A stretch of 64,000 bases of DNA from Felis catus (GCF_018350175.1 NC_058368.1:115446001-115510000); one strand, 5' to 3'; shown: positions 25,854-38,661, counted from the stretch's first letter. Notes: generated from the sequence alone by a model not told the origin. Made by a program: numbers and translations.

Positions 25854-26162
25854 GCAAAGTAGCAAGGACCACTCCTCTTCGTCATTTTCCTTGCTCTTGC
25901 TATACAGACTCCTCCTTCCTGTGACTGCGAGCAGGTGGGAGGAGCAGGCTATGTTTCTAGAATGGCTGCCCATATGGGAGTCTCTCCTATTGGTAGCTTG
26001 CTCCTAGATCTGGAGGAATGCTAGTATCCTTTAGATCTTGAAGTGTGAAATAATAAAATAATTTATGTGTGATTCATTGCCTCTACCAATCCCATCGCCT
26101 TCCTCTTTACGGTCACAGGGCAGCTGCGTCATCTTTGGACCCATGAGGACCCAACGTTGCTT

Positions 26163-26171
26163 CTATAGAAC
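26163..26171 (-). CDS. ECSCR: ECSCR last coding exon (VL*)
   Basis: tattttgcag|GTT CTA TAG. Confidence 0.85.
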   Translation of the reverse strand, partial: VL

Positions 26172-29100
26172 CTGCAAAATAAATAGAGTATGAAAAAGGG
26201 GGACCTTGTCGGGAGTGGCAACCTAGGGAAGAAGAGAGAGGAGCCTGGGTCTTTGAAAGTATCTCCTTTCTGGCTAAGGAACTAGAGCCTGAGGGTAAAG
26301 AGAAGGAGGAGAAGGGAGGAAGGAACCAGGAAAAATGTACCTTCTCTGCTGTGGGGCATCCTTTGCTGTTATTCATGTTGATATTCTTCATGGAGATCAG
26401 GGTGATGCTGTCTTTCTCCCCATTGGCTGTAGAGCAGCTAGGGGTAGGAAAGAACATGGGTTGTAAGTGGAGGAGCAGGAGGGCAATGTGGTGGTCAAAG
26501 AACTGTGGGGTCAAGCATTGGAACTTTGAACATTGTTTCTATAAACCTCTATTTTGGTGGTGGAACATAATGAAATGGGAGTGTGCTTTGAAGCCCAAAA
26601 CACCTGTATATAAATCTTAGTTTTAGGGGTGCCTGTGTGGCTCAGTCAGTTAAGCATCTGGCTTTTGATTTCAGCTCATGTCATGATCTCACAGTTTGTG
26701 AGTTCAAGCCCCACATCGGGCTCCTCGCTGACAGCACGGAGCCTGCCTGGGATTGTCTCCCTCTCTCTCTGCCCCTCCCCTGCTCTGCTCTCTCTTTCTC
26801 TCTTTCTTTCTCTCTCTCAAAATAAATAAATAAACTTAAGCAAAATCTTAAGTTTTACTACTTGCAACTTGTATGGTCTTGACCAAGTTACAAATTCTTC
26901 AAGTCTCAACGTTTTTAAACATACAAAACACAGTATATCCTCTTTGAAGAATCGCTGTAAGGATTTGAGATAATATTATAAAATATCTACCAGAGTGCCT
27001 GGCCCATATAAGGTGTTCAGTAAGTGGCTCCTTAAATAAAGTGTTTTCTAGTTTATTTATTTATTTTTAAATGTTTATTTACTTTTGAGAGAGAGAGAGA
27101 AAGCACAAGCAGGGGAGGGGCAGGAAGAGAGAGAGAGAGAGAGAAGGAGGAAGACACATAATCTAAAGTAGGCTCCAGGCTCTGAGCTGTCAGCAGAGAG
27201 CCCAACTTAGGGCCCAAACCCATGAATCGTGAGATTATGATGTGAGCCGAAGTTGCATGCTTAACCGACTGAGCCACTCAGGCACCCCCTAAGTGCTTTC
27301 TTATTTGAATAGGTTTATTAGAATCTGAATTCCTATACTTTTCCTGAGGGGGTTATAGAGACAGAGCCCTGGGGCTAAGAGTTCCAGTTCATCTCCTGTC
27401 ACCTGATTGTTTTATTTTAGGGTTGCCCCTGTCCTGCCCGCCCCTAGTCCTGGCCTCAGTGCAAGCTGTCAAGATTCCATGCGTGCTTCTGTGTGTGTGT
27501 AAGAAGAAGTCAGGAAGTATCAGTTCTCTCTCAGAATGGGGGACTGAGAGGTCAAATGAATGATTCCTCCCTTCCACCTCTGACAGTCTTACCTTTCAGA
27601 TAACCCTGAACTCCCAGGTTTCTGGGGATCTGTAAAAAATCCAAAGGCACAGATTGGTAGTCACATGCTGCAACCCAGAAGACCAGCCTATCCTTCAAAT
27701 CCCACCCAAGTGGATTACCCTCCCATTTCATTAGAGATGCCTATGTGCCATTCTTTTCCTCTACTACAGGCTCAGTGTCCATCCCAAAATGTAGCTCTGG
27801 GTCCCTCAGCTGAGGGGAAAGTGGGGCCCTGAGTGGCAGGGCATGTACCTTCAGACTCCTTGTTCTTCCGACACTTAAACCTTAGACTGACCACACTCAC
27901 TAGGATGATCACCACAACCACCAGGATGACAATGAAGCTGATAACACCTGAACAGGGAAAAGGACAGGGTAAAGGAGAGTCAGAGGAGGGGCCAGAAGGG
28001 GGTGATAGGAGTACAAATCCCCTTCCCAGCTAAGTGCTGTGTAGGTAGGCTCTGAGAGAAAAGTGAATTCCCCTTCTCTGCCTAACGAATGAGCTCTCAG
28101 CCAGCTGATCCTGGCCAGAGTGAGCCCCACAGCCTGGCCTCAGCCTCCCATAAGAACATGGAACTCAACAGAGCCCCAAAGAGCTGCCTGGAGGGAGGGC
28201 CAGGGGAGGCTCTTTCCCACCAGGGCCTTCTTCATCAGCCAAACCCTCCTAGAACAAATAGGTGAGATTTAAATTTGTGTTTCTAGATCTAGAGTCCAAG
28301 TCAGTACAGGGACTGCCACTCTCTGCACCTTCTCCTCCCTCTTACCAAATGCGGCCACAGTGAGCACCGTCTCTGATGTGGGGGTGGGTAAGATGGTCGA
28401 GTCATCTCTTGTCCTCAGGCTCATGGTGGTTGATGTGGGAATAACATCTTGAGAAGTGTCTAAAATGGAGTGGGGATGGGTGTATCAGTGAAGGGACTGG
28501 CATAGCCTACCAGAGAGAGAGTTAGCTCCTCTCCCACTTCCCCAGGTAAAGAATTGCAGAAACAGGTCATGCCCTCCCCAAAAGACTTCCTCCTTGCTAC
28601 TCAGACTAGTTCTCAGGAGGATGGAGGTCAGAACTGGGTGATGTGGGTTTGGGTGAATTGCACTGCTGGTTGCTCATGTTACTAGTTCCAGGGGACTCTA
28701 GGCTTCCCCTGTTATTCTTTTCCCACCATCCCCTCAGGGCCCATTTATGTTCCAGAGACAGGAAGCCAAAATGGGCAAGGTAGAGCCATCTGTGTTTTGC
28801 CAAGGGTTGAAGTGGGAGGAAAAAGCACACTAGATATTTATCCCTACGCACTAATGTAACAAACCGGGCAAAGGGCACAAGTTTCTGGCCCTCTTCAAAG
28901 GTAGTATGATCACCCATATCTTCCCCCTTGTCAGCTCCTTTTTTTTAAAGATTTTATTTTATTTTTATTTTTAATGTTTTATTTATTTTTGAGAGAGAGA
29001 GAGAGAAAGATCGAGAGAGAGAGAGAGAGAGAGCGTGCATGCACATGAGTGGGGGAGGGGCAGAGAGAGAGAGATGGACAGAGGATCCAAAGGCGGCTCT

Positions 29101-32100
29101 GTGCTAACAGCAGTTAGCCCCATGCAGGGCTCAAACTCACAAACCATGAGATCATGACCTGAGCTGAAGTCGGACTCCCAACTGACTGAGCCACCCAGGC
29201 GCCTCTAAAAGATTTTATTTTTAAATAATCTCTGTACCCAATGTGGGGTTTAAACTCATAACCCTGACATCAAGAGTCGGAAGCTCCACCAGTGGAGCCA
29301 GCCAGGTGCCCCCCGTCTTCCACTCATTGTACTGCAGGTCTGATAGCTATTCCATTTCCTTATCCGCACCCTCACTGCCAAATAAGTTTGTGAGTGTAAA
29401 ATAATCCCAGAGCCAAGGGTTAGGATGACAGAAAGGGTCAGAATGCTCTTCACTGAGAGCGTGGACAGGACATACTGCTACTGCTTGGGACACCTGGGTC
29501 CGTGCCATGACACAGCAGGGCCAGGACGGAGGCGTCCGCTCTCTCCCAGCTCTTCCTCCACACTGCGGTGTGAACCCAGAAGCACGTAGCCCTTGTCCAA
29601 TCTCTTCTGCCTCCCTTTCCATCATTTTGAGTTCTACCCATCTCTTTCCCCTCCATGGCTTTATCAGTCCTGAGTCCAGGCTCCTTTTATCTTCATTGTG
29701 ATCAGGTCCAAGGCTCTGTCTCTACTTCCCACCAAACCTCTCTCATTCCCAAACCAGGCTGCCACTGATGTGGATCCTGGCCCAGAGACGCCTCCTCAAG
29801 GGGCAGAACCTGGGCCTCCTGAAGAGGGGGAGAAGGACCCCAACCAGTCATGACCCAGTGCTTTTCACCCCCGGCCCCAAGTACTCACCAAGTCCTGATG
29901 TGTACTTCTGTGGCTGAGACTGAGTCAGGCCCAACAGGGACTGGGAGTGACCATCCACGGTGCTCGTGCTCTGTGTCCTGGGTTTACTGGCTGCATCGAG
30001 GACCTGTGAGGACTTCTCCAGAGCTGCCGTAGATAAGGAAGCATTTGTGGACCTGCTCAGGGCCTTGGCCAGCGTGTACACAGAGGGCCCTCTTTAGTCC
30101 AAAATTCTCATTTTCTTTACTGCTTTCAATTCCAGAAGGAGCCATCCTCTCTTCTACCTTGGCCTTTACCTGTACAGTTCCCACTGCCTGGAATATACCT
30201 TAGCACTGTCTACCTCACAATCTTCCTCTGGTTAACTCCCTCTTGGGCCTCAGCTTCTGAGGACACTGTAGCATGTATTTCCTGGCTCCCAAGGAAAGGT
30301 TGGGAAAGGCTCCCAACCTGGCTCCCAAGGAAAGGCTTCCAAGGTTGATATTTGTCTGGGCTCTTGCAGCAACTTTTTTTTTTTAATGTTTTATTTATAT
30401 TTGAAGGAGAGAGAGACAGAGTGTGAGTGGGGGAGGGGCAGAGAGAGAGGGAGACACAGAATCTGAAGCAGGCCCTGGGCTCTGAGCTGTCAGCACAGAG
30501 CCTGATGAAGGGCTGGAACTCATGAACTGTGAGACTATGACCTGAGCTGAAGTCGGACTCTTAACCAACTGAGCCATTCAGGTGCCCTTCTTGCAGCACC
30601 TTCTCCTTCTGCTCATCACAGCCCTTCCTACCCTGCTTTGTGGTTGTCAACATGAGATCCTGTTTACTTGTCTGCTCCTCTACTAGTCTGATCCCTCACT
30701 GGGCCCTCCCTGGAGGCCATCTGGATCTGAGCGGCAGAGTACCTGAGGTCTCAGTGCTGGTCAGAGGGCTTGGGCTGCTGGGCTCTGAGGAAGGGCTGTC
30801 TCCTGAAAGGACAGAGGCAGTGGGAGGTGGAGGGGGGCAGGTTTGGTGACACCACACTCCCTCACCTATTTAAGAACCCTTGAGTTCCAAGCAGGTCTGA
30901 AGGGCTGGGCAGGGGGTTAGGCAGGGGGGAAGGACTGGCCCCTTGGCAGCCACACTTACTCACCTGTGTTGGAAGAAAGTGGCTCTGTGGTCAGACTTTG
31001 ACTGCTGAAGGCTCCTGAAATAAATCATCTGAGGCTGAGGGTCGCTGCCTCCTATTGCTCTGTCTCCCTCTCTTCTTCCCTGTAACTGGAGTTTTCTAGT
31101 CTTTCTCCTTGCCGCACCCCTGACCCCCATCCATTCATTTCCCTCCTCTTTCAAGGCATATGTGACTAGGCCATGCTCAAATACATCCAGAGATGAACTC
31201 AGCCTTGGATGTCCCGAGAGCCCTGGCCCCAGCTCTAATCACCTGAGATCTGTGCTCCTCTCGCCCTTCCTAAGCTGCCAGGCCTAAATGCCAGAGCAGG
31301 CCCTGTGTGTTTGGTCTTACCCTGAAGGCTAGATGTCTGTATTGTCATGGGTTGGGAATGGTGGCCTGCAAGAGAAAGCAAAAAACACTTTGACTAGCTT
31401 GGTGAGTCTCTTGCCCAGTGCAGAGCCCACAGAAGAACCCAGGCTTTCCAAGCCTCCCATGCTGGAAGGCAGACACACTTGACAGAGGGCTGAAGAATGT
31501 GGCTCTGGCTCACAGTGCTGGCTTCCTCTAACCACGACTCAATAGCACCATCACCACCACCTTGTGGTTCAGTGTCCCAGAGTCCTTTCCATCTCTTTAA
31601 TCCCGTGTGGGTTTTATACCAACCTGACATGAGGGTTATTTCAAACTAGTGATTTGTCCAAGGACAGAGGGCCAGTGGCCTGCTACATCTAGAAAAGGAC
31701 CTAGGACTCCAGGTCTGTAGGCTGACGTTCCTGCTACGCTACCACTTAGCCGTACATTTTCCCCGTGCATACTGTCATCCTGGTCCTGCCCCAAGGGAAG
31801 GGGATGGAAAGATGGGGTGAATAAAATGAGGCTAGGGGCTGGGGTAGGTATCTCCAGCTGGAGGTAGGGGTCCACACAGCAAGTAAGTTCTGAGGTATAG
31901 ATAGGAGCCAGGGAAGCTCTGAACAAGCAGCCAATTTTACCCTCACAGGCAGAGGCTACTTCAGAAATGGCCATTGTTAGCCAAACCCAGGAAGAAGCTA
32001 GTTACCAGGAGGCCCCAGTGGGAAACCATCATCGGCTTTTTTTTTTTTTTTATGTACATGTGTATGTCTGTAGGCCTCCGTGTAGATGTGTATGTGTGCT

Positions 32101-34543
32101 TGTGTGCCCATATGTGCGTCCCCTTTGTGTGTGGGACCTGAGAGGTCAAGTTGTGTTTGCTCATTTTCCACAGTGAAATCATTCTTGAAACCTGTGAACA
32201 ATGTGAAAGGAAAACAACGTGGGGAAGTGGAGCCGCCCAGCTGGGTTCCCGTCCCTCTGCTCCTGCTGGGACTGTAGCCTCTGGCCTGGCCCTCGGGCTC
32301 CCAGGCCCCTCATCCACAGGGAAGCTCCGTGCCTGGGCCTGGGTGAACAGATGCAGCTGGGGGCCAGGGCCCGCACAGCCTGTGGCGGCTTGCTGAACTG
32401 TTTATTTTCCTTAGCCACTGCCTCCCTCCATGGGGCTATCACTCGGACAGTGTGGAATTAATCGTTTCCAAGCCCAAGCTTGCCCAAACCCTGACTGTAT
32501 TTTTCCAGGGCACCAGCCTCTGGTAGCCCCACCTGCTCACTGGGTGGGGTGTCAGAGGGGTATTAAAACTCGTAGGTGTCCGAGGCTAGAGAGAACTCTT
32601 CCCAGCTGAAAATGACCCTGGAAGAACCCTTTCAAGTCACATCTTAAAAACACCTATCAGTTACTGATCAAACATATCTAAGTCCTATAAAGTTATAACA
32701 TTAGCTTTTAGTGGGTGGACACTGTGCAGTGCCTTCCCGCATATCTGGAAGCAAAACTAGCATCTTGGAAGGAGTTCCAAAGTCACAAGCTCCAAGTTCC
32801 AGTAGCCTGTGTTCTCTGTCTTCTGGCCCTGACCCCCCACCAGAACTTTCCATCACCAATAGATTCCTCTGTGTGAAGAGGAACTTCAGGCACACCTGTT
32901 TCTACAGGCCATGGTGCCTCTGACCACTGGGCAGAATAACCCCGGCCACATAAATTTCTTATTTTCCCGTATCCCCTCCCTAATCCCTACCTGCTTCACG
33001 ACCTCTTCTTCCTCCCCCTCCACCATCCTCCTCCCCTGTTTTCCTCAGCAGCATAATGTAATAGTTGACTCAGCTTTTGAGTCTGACAGGTTTGAGTTCA
33101 AGTCCTGACTCTACCACGTACTGTCTGACCAGGTTCTCAGTCTTCTCTTCTTTAACGCGCAAATGAATTTCATACCTCAAAAGTGGTTGTTAGGACAAGA
33201 AAACTCAAATGCTAGACTTTTTAAATTTTTGCCCCATTCTTTCCAACCCTCCAAGTCTCTGTGGATCCAAGTCAGGTCACGTTGTGGGCCTGTATATCCT
33301 CAAAAGGATTCTTCAAGGGAGGCAGTAGGTATGCTGTGATCTTGGGATGAGAGATAAGGAAACTCAGGAGGCAAGTGTGGTTTATGTAGAGTTTACACAG
33401 GGCATTCTCAGCCCTGCCACCTGCCATTTGCCTGGGACAGTGCCCCCTCATGAATCTTGCCTTTTAATCTCCTCCTCTGCCATTTCTGCAGTTGCTACAA
33501 TAAGCCTGGTGCCCCTGCCCCAGATCAAGAGTGGGATTCTGCCCACCCCCAGGGTGGGGTGGGGGGCAATCAGAGTTTTACCCCCAGCCCCTGGGCTTCC
33601 AGAGAAAGGTCTGACCTTTCCAGGAGACAGAGTACCAGAACTCAGTCCCCCCTCACCCCCCACCAAGAAAGGGCCATCCTCTCTCCCCATCCAAGCACTT
33701 TGCACTCTTTTCTGCTACTCTGAGGGCAGACTCCTAAGTCTTCAACAGAGGCCTCATGGAGAGTGAGGTGGGGGTAGGGAATGGATGACCAAAGGGAAGT
33801 TGCTGCCCTGTGAGTCAGAATCTCCTGGATTTCTCATGGTTCCCAGCAACTGCTCCTTAACTAGAACACCCCTTATGAGCTGCTTTACCATTCGTCAGCT
33901 AGCAGAATCGGGTCTCAGAGGTATTCCCATTCATCTCCTCTGGAGGGCATCTCATCCAGCCCCCTGGCCGAGGATGTTGTATACATCCTCTTTGGCAAAT
34001 AGTTCTTTGTATCTATCCTGCATCCCTCTTGCTGTGATTTGAGCTTAAAGTCAACATTTGGAATTCCCAGGTTGTTACTCCTCATGTGAAAGAAGAAAAA
34101 GGATCCCCTGTAAAGCCCAAGGTGTAGACAGTTTTGTGCTAGAACACTCTGGAAGGAGCTTTCCGGCCTCAGTCTCACATCAAGACAGTCAATTCCCACA
34201 TTTCAGGAGGCCAGCCTCTATGGGGGCCCCAGTTCACCCTGGAAATTTTCCCACAAAAGGATTTAACCACATGTCTACTTTACCTTTGCCTGGTAATGAC
34301 CCCCTCCCCCCCCCCCCCAATTCAACTCCTTCGTTCCCTTCATGAGAAGCATCTGGAATTTCCCTTGGGCACAGGCCTGAATGGAGAGCATGTGAGGTAT
34401 ACATTGTGAAGAAGGGACAGTCACCCGGGACTGCCAACCGCTGGAGGGGAACTGCTGAAGCGGAGTGACAAATGCCTCTTACCTTGGAGTAGGAGGAAGC
34501 CAAGGATCACCCAGCACAGCTGCGTTGCTCCAACGGTCCCCAT
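26163..34543 (-). CDS. ECSCR: Endothelial cell surface expressed chemotaxis and apoptosis regulator (type I membrane mucin-like protein)
   Basis: Signal peptide MGTVGATQLCWVILGFLLLQG, S/T-rich stalk exons, TM VAAFGVISFIVILVVVVIILVSVVSL, and tail RFKCRKNKESEDPQKPGSSGLSESCSTANGEKDSITLISMKNINMNN...AEKVL*. Confidence 0.95.
26341..26437 (-). CDS. ECSCR: ECSCR cytoplasmic exon (CSTANGEKDSITLISMKNINMNNSKGCPTAEK)
   Basis: Core of ORF 26113..26514; ccctag| acceptor and AAG|gtacat donor. Confidence 0.94.
27593..27629 (-). CDS. ECSCR: ECSCR exon (DPQKPGSSGLSES), 37 nt
   Basis: ttttacag| acceptor and AAAG|gtaaga donor. Confidence 0.92.
27849..27947 (-). CDS. ECSCR: ECSCR transmembrane exon
   Basis: GVISFIVILVVVVIILVSVVSLRFKCRKNKESE; gttcag| acceptor and GAAG|gtacat donor. 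Confidence 0.95.
28346..28459 (-). CDS. ECSCR: ECSCR juxtamembrane exon (TSQDVIPTSTTMSLRTRDDSTILPTPTSETVLTVAAFG)
   Basis: attttag| acceptor and TTTG|gtaaga donor. Confidence 0.93.
29476..29493 (-). CDS. ECSCR: ECSCR candidate 18-nt micro-exon (GVPSSS)
   Basis: cccag|GTGTCCCAAGCAGTAGCA|gtatgt; matches human GVPSS; weak polypyrimidine tract. Confidence 0.4.
29889..30023 (-). CDS. ECSCR: ECSCR candidate 135-nt stalk exon (ALEKSSQVLDAASKPRTQSTSTVDGHSQSLLGLTQSQPQKYTSGLG)
   Basis: cag| acceptor and strong TTG|gtgagt donor; phase 1-1, no stops; resembles the mouse Ecscr segment as recalled. Confidence 0.7.
30743..30802 (-). CDS. ECSCR: ECSCR exon 4 (GDSPSSEPSSPSPLTSTETSG), 60 nt
   Basis: cctttcag| acceptor and TCAG|gtactc donor; phase 1-1, S/T/P-rich. 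Confidence 0.8.
30964..31014 (-). CDS. ECSCR: ECSCR exon 3 (GAFSSQSLTTEPLSSNTG), 51 nt
   Basis: tttcag| acceptor and ACAG|gtgagt donor; resembles human SLTTEPVSSN. Confidence 0.85.
31321..31365 (-). CDS. ECSCR: ECSCR exon 2 (GHHSQPMTIQTSSLQG), 45 nt
   Basis: ctcttgcag| acceptor and CAGG|gtaaga donor; phase 1-1. Confidence 0.88.
34483..34543 (-). CDS. ECSCR: ECSCR coding exon 1 (signal peptide)
   Basis: ATG at 34543; CAAG|gtaaga donor. Confidence 0.92.
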
Positions 34544-35110
34544 GTCAGCTGGGTCTGTGGCGGGCAGGCAGCCGCTCCACGGTGGCTCTGTCCATAGTGG
34601 AAAAGAGAGAGGGAGTGCTGGGGCGGGGTGGGGGGTGGGGGCTGGCTCTCTAGCAGCTTCCTGTCAAAGAATAGAAGGAAACAGATTGGGACTGGCTCCA
34701 GGGGCCCTGATTAGCCTGCAGCCCAGATGGAGGATGTAAGGCTGAAGCGGCAGGCACTGTGCCTGGGGCTCTGTGGGCCGAGCTAGAGCCACTATGGTGT
34801 CCTCTAGGGCTTTTATACAAAGATCAGCGATGACAAAGTGGCTCTGTGACCCCTCTCTTTCCCTCTGAGGGGTCCATCAGGTCCCTCCACTTATCACCTA
34901 GAGGCTTTTGGATGTTTTCCTGGAGTCTAACTCCAATCCCCCCCCAGTCTGTTTCAGACCAGGTCCTCCTGGTCTCTCCCATGACTGAGCCCTAAAGCTG
35001 GGCCCACCAGCTGCCCAGGCTTTGTAGACTCTGAATATGTCACTCTCCTTCCTCCTCAGGGCTCCCAATGCAGATGGGACTCCCAACATCTTTCAGGGAG
35101 GCCTTACAAA

Positions 35111-35141
<31 letters not shown>

Positions 35142-38100
35142 TATTATTATTATTATTATTTAATAATCTCTACAACCCACGTGGGGCTTGAACATACAAC
35201 CCCGCAATCAAGAGTCACATGCTCCACCGACTGAGCCAGGCAGGCGCTCCTATTGTTATTCTTTTTTTTTTTTAAGTTTATTTATTTATTTTGAGAAAGA
35301 GAGCAGGGGAGAGGCAAAGAGAGAGAGAGAGAGAAAACCCCAAGCAGAGTCTGCACTGTCAGTGCAGAGCCCAACGCAGGGCTCAACCTCACAAACCGTG
35401 AGATCATGACCTGAGCTGAAATCAAGAGTCAGATGCTCAACTGCTCAACCAACTGAGCCTGAGCCAGGCAGGCAACCCCCCCCCCCCCCCGCCATTTGTT
35501 ACTCTTAATAGAAAAACAAGGGGACTACATTTCTTTTAAAAAGAAAATATTTTTTTTAATGTTTTTTTTATCTTAGAGAGAGAGAGAGTGCGTGCGAGCA
35601 TGAATGGGGGAGTGGCAGAGAGAAAAGGAGACAATCAATCCAAAGGCGGCTCCAGGCTCTGAGCTGTCAGCTCAGAGCCCAACACGGAGCTTGAACTCAC
35701 GAACCATGAAATCATGACCTGTGCTGAAGTCAGACACTCAACCAAGTGAGCCACCCAGGCACACCAAGAGGACTACATTTCAAGCCTCCCCCGTCCTCAG
35801 CTCTCCCCTCACCTCCCCTCTCCTGGAATCAGGTGTTCCCTGTGTCCCAGCAGCACCCTGTCTTTAGCATCCATCCCGTGGCACTCTCTTGTGCAGATGC
35901 AGGCCAGCAGTGTCCCTAGGACCTGGCACAATGCCTGTGATATAGCAGGTCCTCAGAACATATTTACTGAACTAAACTCAAAAGATTTAAGAGCAGAGAA
36001 ATGTTACACACAATCCTACTTCTTTAATAGAATTTTATCATATTGTGGATTTCCTTCCACTCTATGCATTCCCGGTGGTGACAATATGCACATATATATG
36101 CAATCATATATTGCATTGATTGGTGTCCTTTTCTCCCTTAGTTTTAATTTTTTTAATGTTTATTTTTGAGAGAGAGTGTGCATGTGTTTGTGTGTGAGTG
36201 TGCATGCGCACATGAGTGGGGAAAGGGCAGAGAAACAGCAAGTCACAGAGACAGGCTCCAGGCTCTGAGTTGGCAGCACAGGCGCCTCAATTTTTTAATA
36301 AATATTTTATTTTATTTTTTATTTTTTAACGTTTATTTATTTTTTGAGAGAGAGAAAGAGAGTGCAAGCAGGGGAGGGTCAGAGAGAGAGGGAGACACGG
36401 GCTCCAGGCTCTGAGCTGTCAGCACAGAGCCCGATGCCGGTCTTGAATCCACCACCATGAGATCATGACCTGAGGCAAAGTTGGATGCCCACCTGACTGA
36501 GGCACCTAGGTACCCCTAAATATTTTATTTCGGGGAGACTGTTTGGCTCAGTCAGTAGAGCATGTGATTCTTGATGTCAGGGTCATAAGTTCAAGCCCCA
36601 TGTTGGGCCTGGAGCTCACTTAAAAAATAATAAATAGAGGCGCCTTGGTGGCTCAGTCAGTTGAGTGTCCAACTGACTGGCTCAGTTGGTAGAGCATGTG
36701 AACTCTCGATCTCGGGGTTATAAGTTGAAGCCCCATGTTCGATGTAGACATTACTTAGAAATAAAATTTTTAAAAAATAATTTTTAAAGTTTATTTATTA
36801 ATTTTGAGAGAGAGAGAGAGCAGGAGCAGGGAGGTGGGCAGAGAGAGAGGGAGAGAGAGAGAATGCCAAACAGGCTCTGCACTGTCAGTGGGGCTTGAAC
36901 TCATGACCTGCAAGATTGTGACCTGAGCCAAAACCAGTCATCCCTCATTCTTTCCCTTGTGCATGCACCACCCTCCCTTCCAGTCTGGAGACCAGATCAC
37001 CCCTGGGAACTCTCCTCACCCGATGGCTTGATCTCAAGAGGCAAGATGTAGCCTCTTGATTCCCTGTCTCTCAGCCAAGCTGTTCCACACTCTGACATTC
37101 AGGGATCCCACTCAGATCTCCGAGCTCACTTAAGCCCAGGTCACTGGGCTGTGGACCTTACCTGCCAACTGAGTGAGACAAGTGGCTGGCTGGCCTTGAA
37201 TCCAACTAGGAGACTGACACTTCCCAATGCCATCCAAGACCTCAGCCAGAGGGAATGTGGATTTTGCCACAGTCCAGGGCTTCAACCACTGCTCTTTGCT
37301 TCCTGCCTCCTCAAGACACATGTCCCAGTGCTCTCACAGACACCACCACTGGGGCTCCAAGTCCCTGAGTCCAAAAGCCCAGTTCCTGATCCTGCCGATG
37401 GCTAACCTCTCCTTTCCCTGGTGGGCACTTTTTGTGACTTGAACACATTGAAGCACACACATTCTTAAATGAAATTACATTTCAGGCAAATGCAAAGAGG
37501 CATATAGAATTCATATTTGTAAAAACCAGAGAAGAAAAAATCCAAAGAGAAAAAAAACCACAGCCTTGCATGGGAATGATAAACATCACATTCAACAAGA
37601 TGGTTATCCATGGGGTAAGAAGGAGGGGTGTAGTCAAGGAGTAGGGCTTCTATGTTATTTGTAATATTTTAGTTTTTAAAAAACTTTGAGGGGCACCTGG
37701 GTGGTCCAGTCGGTTAAGCATCCAACTTCAGCTCAGGTCATGATCTCACAGCTCGTGGGTTTGAGCCCCTTGTTGGGCTCTGCTCTGACAGCTCAGAACC
37801 TCGAGCCTGCTTTGGATTCTGTCTCTCTCTCCACCCCTCCCCCACTTGCACTCTATCTCTCTCTCTCTCTCTCCAGAATAAATAAACGTTAAAACAAAAT
37901 TTTTTTAATAAAAAAATTTAAGGGGCGCCTGGGTGGCTCAGTTGGTTAAGCGTCCGACTTTGGCTCAGGTCATGATCTTGCAGTCCGTGAGTTCAAGCCC
38001 CGCGTTGGGCTCTGTGCTGACCGCTCAGAGCCTGGAGCCTGTTTCAGATTCTGTGTCTCCCTCTCTCTCTGACCCTCCCCCGTTCATGCTCTGTCTCTCT

Positions 38101-38661
38101 CTGTCTCAAAAATAAACGTTAAAAAACCTTAAAAAAATTTAAAACAACTTTTTTGAAATAAATGTGACAGACTCTTGAGCTGGACAGAGCTGGTGGTTGG
38201 AACAAAGGGATTGAGTACATTATAGTCTACAATTTCCAGTGTGTTTGATATACACTTTTTTTTTTTAAATCAAAGAAACAGTGACTTCAGGAAATCAGTT
38301 GGGGTGGGGGGTCGGCATGTCATGGTGGAGGGTGGGGCGTGGTGGGGGTGCTGGCAAGGTGTCTGGGATCTAGTGGAGGAGGAGTAGGCAGGCAGACCCA
38401 GGCTCCTGAAGCTGGCAGGGAGCATGGAGGGAAGTGCCAAGATCAAGATCCTATCACAGTTCAGGGTTGGGACAGGGGAGTCCTAATATTCACGAAAGTG
38501 AAAGCGCGGGAGAGACGCTGAGGGTGTGTGTGCAGAGGGTGTGTGCCTGGTAAACCCCATAGACGTGGCAGCTCCGGGTAGGGGCCAACCAAGCTGGGGT
38601 GGCAGGTTCTTCCTTGCCCTGCTGGCTGCCAGTCCCCAGGGAGCCTTGCACCAGGCGGACA

